Source: the human T2T-CHM13v2.0 reference genome, Homo sapiens
Reading direction: 5' to 3' (one strand)
NCBI RefSeq assembly: GCF_009914755.1
Contig: NC_060947.1
DNA: 64,000 nucleotides
A model generated the notes under the pieces. The model saw nothing but the letters and a program-made list of their open reading frames with translations. It was not told where the DNA came from and ran no database searches. Position numbers and translations under genes: made by a program. Below, piece after piece: positions 52,581-64,000 of this stretch (position 1 is its first letter; every line of letters starts with the position of its first letter).

Positions 52581-53697
52581 ATTCTATATCTGTTTATTCT
52601 ATATATATAATATAGAGACATATTCTATATCTATATAATATAGAGACATATTCTATATCTGTATGGTATAGAGACATATTCTATATCTATATAGTATAGA
52701 GACATATTCTATATCTATATAATATAGACATATTCTATATCTATATAATATAGAGACATATTCTATATCCATGTAGTATAGAGACGTATTCTATGTCCAT
52801 GTAGTATAGAGACGTATTCTATGTCCATGTAGTATAGAGACGTATTCTATGTCCATGTAGTATAGAGACGTATTCTATGTCCATGTAGTATAGAGACGTA
52901 TTCTATGTCCATGTAGTATAGAGACGTATTCTATGTCCATGTAGTATAGAGACGTATTCTATGTCCATGTAGTATAGAGACGTATTCTATGTCCATGTAG
53001 TATAGAGACGTATTCTATGTCCATGTAGTATAGAGACGTATTCTATGTCCATGTAGTATAGAGACGTATTCTATGTCCATGTAGTATAGAGACGTATTCT
53101 ATGTCCATGTAGTATAGAGACGTGTTCTATGTCCATGTAGTATAGAGACGTGTTCTATGTCCATGTAGTATAGAGACGTGTTCTATGTCCATGTAGTATA
53201 GAGACGTGTTCTATGTCCATGTAGTATAGAGACGTGTTCTATGTCCATGTAGTATAGAGACGTGTTCTATGTCCATGTAGTATAGAGACGTGTTCTATGT
53301 CCATGTAGTATAGAGACGTGTTCTATGTCCATGTAGTATAGAGACGTGTTCTATGTCCATGTAGTATAGAGACGTGTTCTATGTCCATGTAGTATAGAGA
53401 CGTGTTCTATGTCCATGTAGTATAGAGACGTATTCTATGTCCATGTAGTATAGAGACGTATTCTATGTCCATGTAGTATAGAGACGTATTCTATGTCCAT
53501 GTAGTATAGAGACGTATTCTATGTCTATGTAGTATAGAGACGTATTCTATGTCTGTGTTGTATGGAGACGTATTCTATGTCTATATAGTATGGAGACGTA
53601 TTCTATATCTATATAGTATGGAGATGTATTCTATATCTATATAATATACAGATATATTCTATATCTATATATTATTTAGATATGTAATATAGATATA
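52580..53697 (-). repeat. Mirror 28-bp minisatellite
   Basis: Reverse-complement array with about 26 perfect units. Confidence 0.95.
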
Positions 53698-54813
53698 AAA
53701 GAGATTGACTTAGCTCATGGTTCAGCAAGCTGGGAAGTAGGAGAGGCATGGCACCCGTAACTCCTCAGCTTCTGGTGACAGCCACCTCCTAGGCCAAAAC
53801 ATAGTGGAGAAGGCCAAAGGAGAAGCAGACACATGCAAAGAGGGAAAACCCGAGGGGCATGCTGGCTTTATAAGAAACCTACCGTTATGGGCACTAATCC
53901 AGTCTCACCAGAGCCAGTACTCACTCACTACCTCCAGAACGGCAGCAAGCTGTTCATGAGGGATCTGTCTCCATGACCCAAACACCTCCCACAAGGCCCC
54001 ATCTCCCAACACCACCACATTGGGGATCCAATTTCCACATGAGTTTTGGCGGGGACAGACCAATCATATCCGAACCATAGCAGTATATTTCTATATTCCC
54101 AGGATCTGGAAAGATCCCAATAAGATGAATTTTTTCTATAATGTGCATTTTTCTGTGCACTTAATGTATAATAAAGAATTTGCCTGGACCTTGTCCCTGA
54201 GTCCTGGGAGATAACCTCTAATCCCTTGCAATTTCCTGAGTGATGGGCATGCCTTTGTCATTCCTGGTGAGCCCCACGGACCACACTACATGGTTTATGC
54301 TAATGAGGTGAATCATGGGAGGCCCCTAGATAGTTTATGTAATGAGATGACTCTGAATGGAGGCTGGCCATACTAGGAAGACCAACCATATGACTAGAGG
54401 GTTGGGCCATTGAACTATGTGATATCTGCCCAATCATCAGAGAGACGGGGGGAGGCTGTAGATTGAGTTAAACCAGATGGCCAACTAACAGATGGCCAAC
54501 ACAGAGGGTTTATCTGAATTGTCTAGTCTGCCATTGCCAGGAGGAGAAGACATTGGGTTTATTCCAATCTCAGTGGTCACTCCTCAATCTTCTTTACTGG
54601 TTCCTCATCTTCTCTCAAAATTCTCTTTTTAGGGATGCGAGGATGTTGAAAATGTTCTCTATTTTGATCTGGATGGCGGTTACATGGGTGTAGATCTGTG
54701 TTAAGATTGTACACTTAAGTTTCTGTGATTTGTCGTATGCATGTTAACCCTCAATTTATTTTATTTTATTATTTATTTTATTTTTTTTTTGAGACGGCGT
54801 TTTGCTCTTGTAA

Positions 54814-55102
<289 letters not shown>

Positions 55103-56115
55103 TAAAAGTGGAAATACATGGTACAAGCTGGAAGAAGATCTTTATCCTGCATACAATTGACAAAAGATTGGTTATCAAGAATATATTTTGAGAAGTCCTA
55201 GAAATCAGTAAGAAAGACAAACAACCCAGTAAGAAAATAGGCAAAAATCATCAACAGGAATTCCATAGAAGAAGGAACCTATGTGGCCAATAAACACATG
55301 AAGATATGCTCAGCTCATCAGTAGTCAGGGAAATGCTAAACATGACCTCAAGATAAATCTTGTACCCATTTGATTGGCAAAGATTTAGAAACCTAGCAAC
55401 ATCAAAGGTTAGAGAGGATGCAGAGCAGTGGGATCTCATACAGCTTGCAACACGTTGGGAATATAAACGAACACAACCAGTTTGGAAAACAATGTGGCAT
55501 CAATATATAAAGTAGATCATTGACAACTCAGCAATTCCTGTCAATGTCCACTGGACAAGAATTTCACAGCAGCACTGACCACAGTAGCAAAAAACCTGGG
55601 AACTATGCAAATGATCACAAATAAGAGAATGTGTAGATAAACTGTGGTGTATGCATACCATGATATACTATGTAGCAAGGCAAATGGGTGAACTGCAGTT
55701 TTATGCTCAACAATGGATCAATGTTAGTATAAGTATGAAAAAAGCAGTTACCACAAGACTACATGCAGTATGACAACCTTTTCATAAAATTCAAAATCAA
55801 GCAAAACTGAACAGTATAATTGCCAGGCGCAGCGGCTCACGCCTGTAATCTCAGCACTTTGGGAGGCAGACGTGGGTGGAGTGGTTGAGTCCAGGAATAG
55901 GAGACCAGCCTGCGCAACATGGCTACACCCCATCTCTACAAATAATTAGCCAGGCATCACGGCGCGCGTTTGTGCTCCCAGGTACTCGGGAGGCTGAGGT
56001 GGGAGAATCACCTGAGCTGGGGAGGTTGAGGCTGCAGTGAGCCAAAATCATAAGTATATATTTATATATATATACGAGCTGGGGAGGTTGAGGCTGCAGT
56101 GAGCCAAAACCATAA

Positions 56116-56209
<94 letters not shown>

Positions 56210-57239
56210 ATTTGCAATAAAAATCAAAGAAATACCAAGTACACAATTTAGGTTAGGGTTGCTTCTAGTGGGAGTGAAGAGGGTCAGGAGGATGCAGTGA
56301 GGGGGAGCTCAGAGGTGGACGTAAGTTACTGGTAATAGTCTAGCTTTTGGATTGGGTAATAGGTAAATGGGAGAACACTATATTATAAAATAAATAAACA
56401 AATAGGGCCTGACATCAATCATGAGTAGCATGTTATGAAACCAGGAGTATTGTTAACTCAATTCTATATAGCCTAAGTCTCCTCCAAACATCAAATGCTG
56501 CATTGGATTACTTAGACCCGGGCCTGAAATATTTGTTCTTCCCTCCTTCCAGGCTACGCAGATGCTCCCCCAGCTCTTTGGTCAGGCCAGGAAGCATTCG
56601 AGTGTGATCTCTCTCTCTTTGTATATATGTGAGCAGGAGGCACCAGAGCAGGGCTGCATGTCTTGCATCTGGCACTGTTTAACCCAGGTGTTAGCTGGGA
56701 CAGAAAGAATCCCCCAGAACCCTGGAATAAACTGGGTCCCAATGATCAATACAAGTTCTACTCAGTGAATGTAGATTACAGCAAACTGAAAAAGAATGTC
56801 CAGACTTCTAAATGAAATGTTTCCCTACAAAGCAATTTAGAATGAAGGTCTTCCAGAGGCCCTTTGCACAATTTCCCCCTTAACTAGGAAATATTTCTCC
56901 TCTAAGTGCACTAAAATCATGTTAGTGTATCGTGTTGGGTTTTAACACTGATTAGTAAATATGTTTACCCATTTATTATGAAGAACATGACAAAGGAAAA
57001 AGGATACGGACGAACAGCCAGATGAAAGAGATGCATAGGACACAGTATGTGGGAAGGGGCATGGAGCTTCCATGCCCTCTCCAGGTGCACCTCCCTCCAG
57101 GAACTTCCATGTGTTCAGCTATGCGGAAGTTCTCTTCTCCCCAAATTCTTATCCTAACAAATAGAGAGCCCCCGGGCTCAGTCCTTGGTCTGATTCTTTC
57201 CTTTAACTACACTCTTGTCATAGCTGATGGAAGACCCTG

Positions 57240-61520
<4,281 letters not shown>

Positions 61521-61789
61521 GTAATTTCTATCTCTGGAGTGGGCCCTGGAAAAAAATATCGATACTATGATGACTCTCATAGATACTTTTTCAACCCAGA
61601 GCCAGACCTTCGTCTACTCAACATCTCCACTTGGATACCTAACACACATCTCAGATTTAAACATCCGAAACCAAACTCCTGACATTAAACACAAGAAGCA
61701 AGAAATATGAACATATTTTCTGATTCCACTAATATAAAAGTACAGAACAGTCAACACCAAGCCATATCATTATTATTTCTTGAATTTAA

Positions 61790-63900
61790 CTTTTTTTTTA
61801 AGTTCGAGGGTACACGTACAGGTTTGTTACATAGGTAAACTTGTGTCGTGGGGGTTTCTTGTAGAAATTATTTCGTCACCCAGTGATTAAGCCTAGTACC
61901 ATTTGTTACTTTCCCGGTCCTCTCCCTCCTCCCACCCTCCACTGTCCGATAGGCTCCGGTGTGTGTTGTTCCCCTCTTTGTGTCCCTGTGTTCTCGTCAT
62001 TTAGCTCCCACTTATAAGTGGGAAGATGCGGTATTTGGTTTTCTGTTCCTGCATTAGTTTGCTAAGGATAATGGCCTCCCCATCCAACCACGTTCCTGCA
62101 AAGGACCTAATCTCATTCTTTTTATGGCTGCATAATATTCCATAGTGTATATGTACCACATTTTCTTTATCCAGTCTACCATTGATGGGCATTTAGGTTG
62201 ATTCCATGTCTTTGCTATTGTGAATAGTGCTGCAATGAACATACACGTGCACGTGTCTTGATAATAGAATGATTTATATTCCTTTGGGTATATGCCCAGT
62301 AATGAGATTGCTGGGCTGAATGGTACTTCTGTCTTTAGGTCTTCGAGGAATCACCACATTGTCTTCCACAATGGTTGAACTAATTTACACTCTCACCAAC
62401 AGTGTATAAGTGTTCCTTTTTCTCTGCAACCTCGCCAGTATCCATTATTCTTTTACTTTGTAGTAATAGCCATTCTGACTGGCGTGAGATGGTATCTCAT
62501 TGTGGTTTTGATTTGCATTTCTCTAATGGTCAGTGACGTTGAGCTTTCTTTCATGGGATTGTTGGCCGCATGTATGTCTTCTTTTGAAAAGTGTCTGTTC
62601 ATGTCCTTTGCCCACTTTTTAATGGGGTTGTTTGGTATTTTTCTTGTGGAACTTGTTTAAGTTCCTTATAGATGCTGGATATTAGATCTTTGTCAGATCC
62701 ACAGTTTGCAAAAATTTTCTCCCATTCTGTAGGTTTTCTGTTCACTCTGTTGACAGTTTCCTTTAGTGTGTAGAAGCTTGCTCTTTAGCTTAATTAGACC
62801 CCATTTGTCAATTTTTGCTTTTGTTGTAATTGCTCTTGGTGTCTTCGTCATGAAATCGTTGCTCGTTCCTGTGTCCAGAATATGATTGCCTAAGTTGTCT
62901 TCCATGGTTTTTATATTTTGGGGTTTTAATTTAAGTCTTTAATCCATGTTGAGTTAATTGTTGTATACGGTATGATATACTTTGGCTGTGTCCCCACCCA
63001 AATCTCCTCTTGAGCTGTAGCTCCCATGATCCCCACGTGTTGTGGGAGGGATCCGGTGGGAGGTAATTGAATCATGGGGACGGATTTTTCCCGTGCTGTC
63101 CTCGTGATAGCGAATAAGTCTCATGAGTTCTCATGGTTTTATAAAGGGCAGTTCCCCTGCACATGCTGTCTTTTCTGCCGCCATGGAACACACACCTCTG
63201 CTCTTCCTTCGCCTTCTGCCACGATTGTGAGGCCTCCCAAGGCATGTGGAACTGTGAGTCCATTAAACTTCTTTACTTTATAAATTACCCAGTCTCGGGT
63301 ATGTCTTTATTAGCAGCAAGAGAACAGACCAGTACCTGGTGTAAGAAAGGGATCCAGTTGCAGTCTTCCATGTATGGCTAGCCAGTTATCTCAGCACCCT
63401 TTGCCGAACAGAGAATACCTTCCCCATTGCTTGCTTTTGTCAGGTCTGTCAAATATCAGAGAGTTGTAGGTGTGCGGCTTTATTTCTGGGCTCTCTATTC
63501 TGTTCCATTGGACTCCGTGTCTGCTTTTGTACCAGTACCATGCTGTTTTGGTTATTGTGGGCCCGTGGTATATTTTGAAGTCGGGTAGCGTGATGCCTCC
63601 AGCTTTGTTCTTTTTCGCTTAGGATTGCCTTGGCCACTCAGGCTCTTTTTCAGTTCCATATGAATTTTAAAATAGTTTTTCTAGTTCTGTGAAGAATGCC
63701 AATGATAACTTACTAGGAATCACATTGAATCTGCAAATTGCTTTGGGCAGTATGGCCAGTTTAATTATATTGATCTTCCTATCCATGAGCATGAATGTTT
63801 TTCCATTTGCTTGTGACATGTCTGATTTCCTTGAGCAGTGTTTTGTAGTTCTTCTTGCAGAGATCTTTCACCTCCCTGGTGTGGTGTATTCCCAGGTATC

Positions 63901-63944
<44 letters not shown>

Positions 63945-64000
63945 CAATTATGAATGGGACTGTGTTCCTGATTTGGCTCTCTGCTTGACTGTTGTTGGCA
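61790..64000 (-). mobile_element. L1 copy with internal MST/THE1-type LTR
   Basis: P2 mirror of 40637-42840. Confidence 0.85.

Noticed and set aside
50930-53697. 28-bp repeat array as CRISPR
   Set aside because: Units abut with no unique spacers, no cas genes, primate context.

Overview
Primate DNA, almost certainly human Xq13.1 (CXorf49 locus), built as nested inverted repeats. An older, diverged palindrome (P1: ~795-29912 vs ~30048-50925, MIR-derived spacer) places intact CXorf49 (- strand, 5 coding exons, 514 aa) head-to-head with a deleted, frameshifted copy. A near-perfect palindrome (P2: 40637-52298 vs 52409-64000, continuing past the window) is centred on an AT-rich core flanked by mirrored 28-bp minisatellite arrays. 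The left P1 arm carries a 6.4-kb class II (ERVK-like) provirus with several oddities: a tRNA-Trp PBS, LTRs identical over 382 bp, G-to-A lesions in all three integrase DDE codons, a ~1.4-kb non-viral insert replacing gag-pro-RT (candidate captured host 3'UTR), and an open rec-like spliced ORF. A BC200 retrocopy and arm-specific Alus date the duplications. The rest is L1, Alu, MST and MER repeats. All alignments were done by eye; repeat subfamily names and boundaries are approximate.
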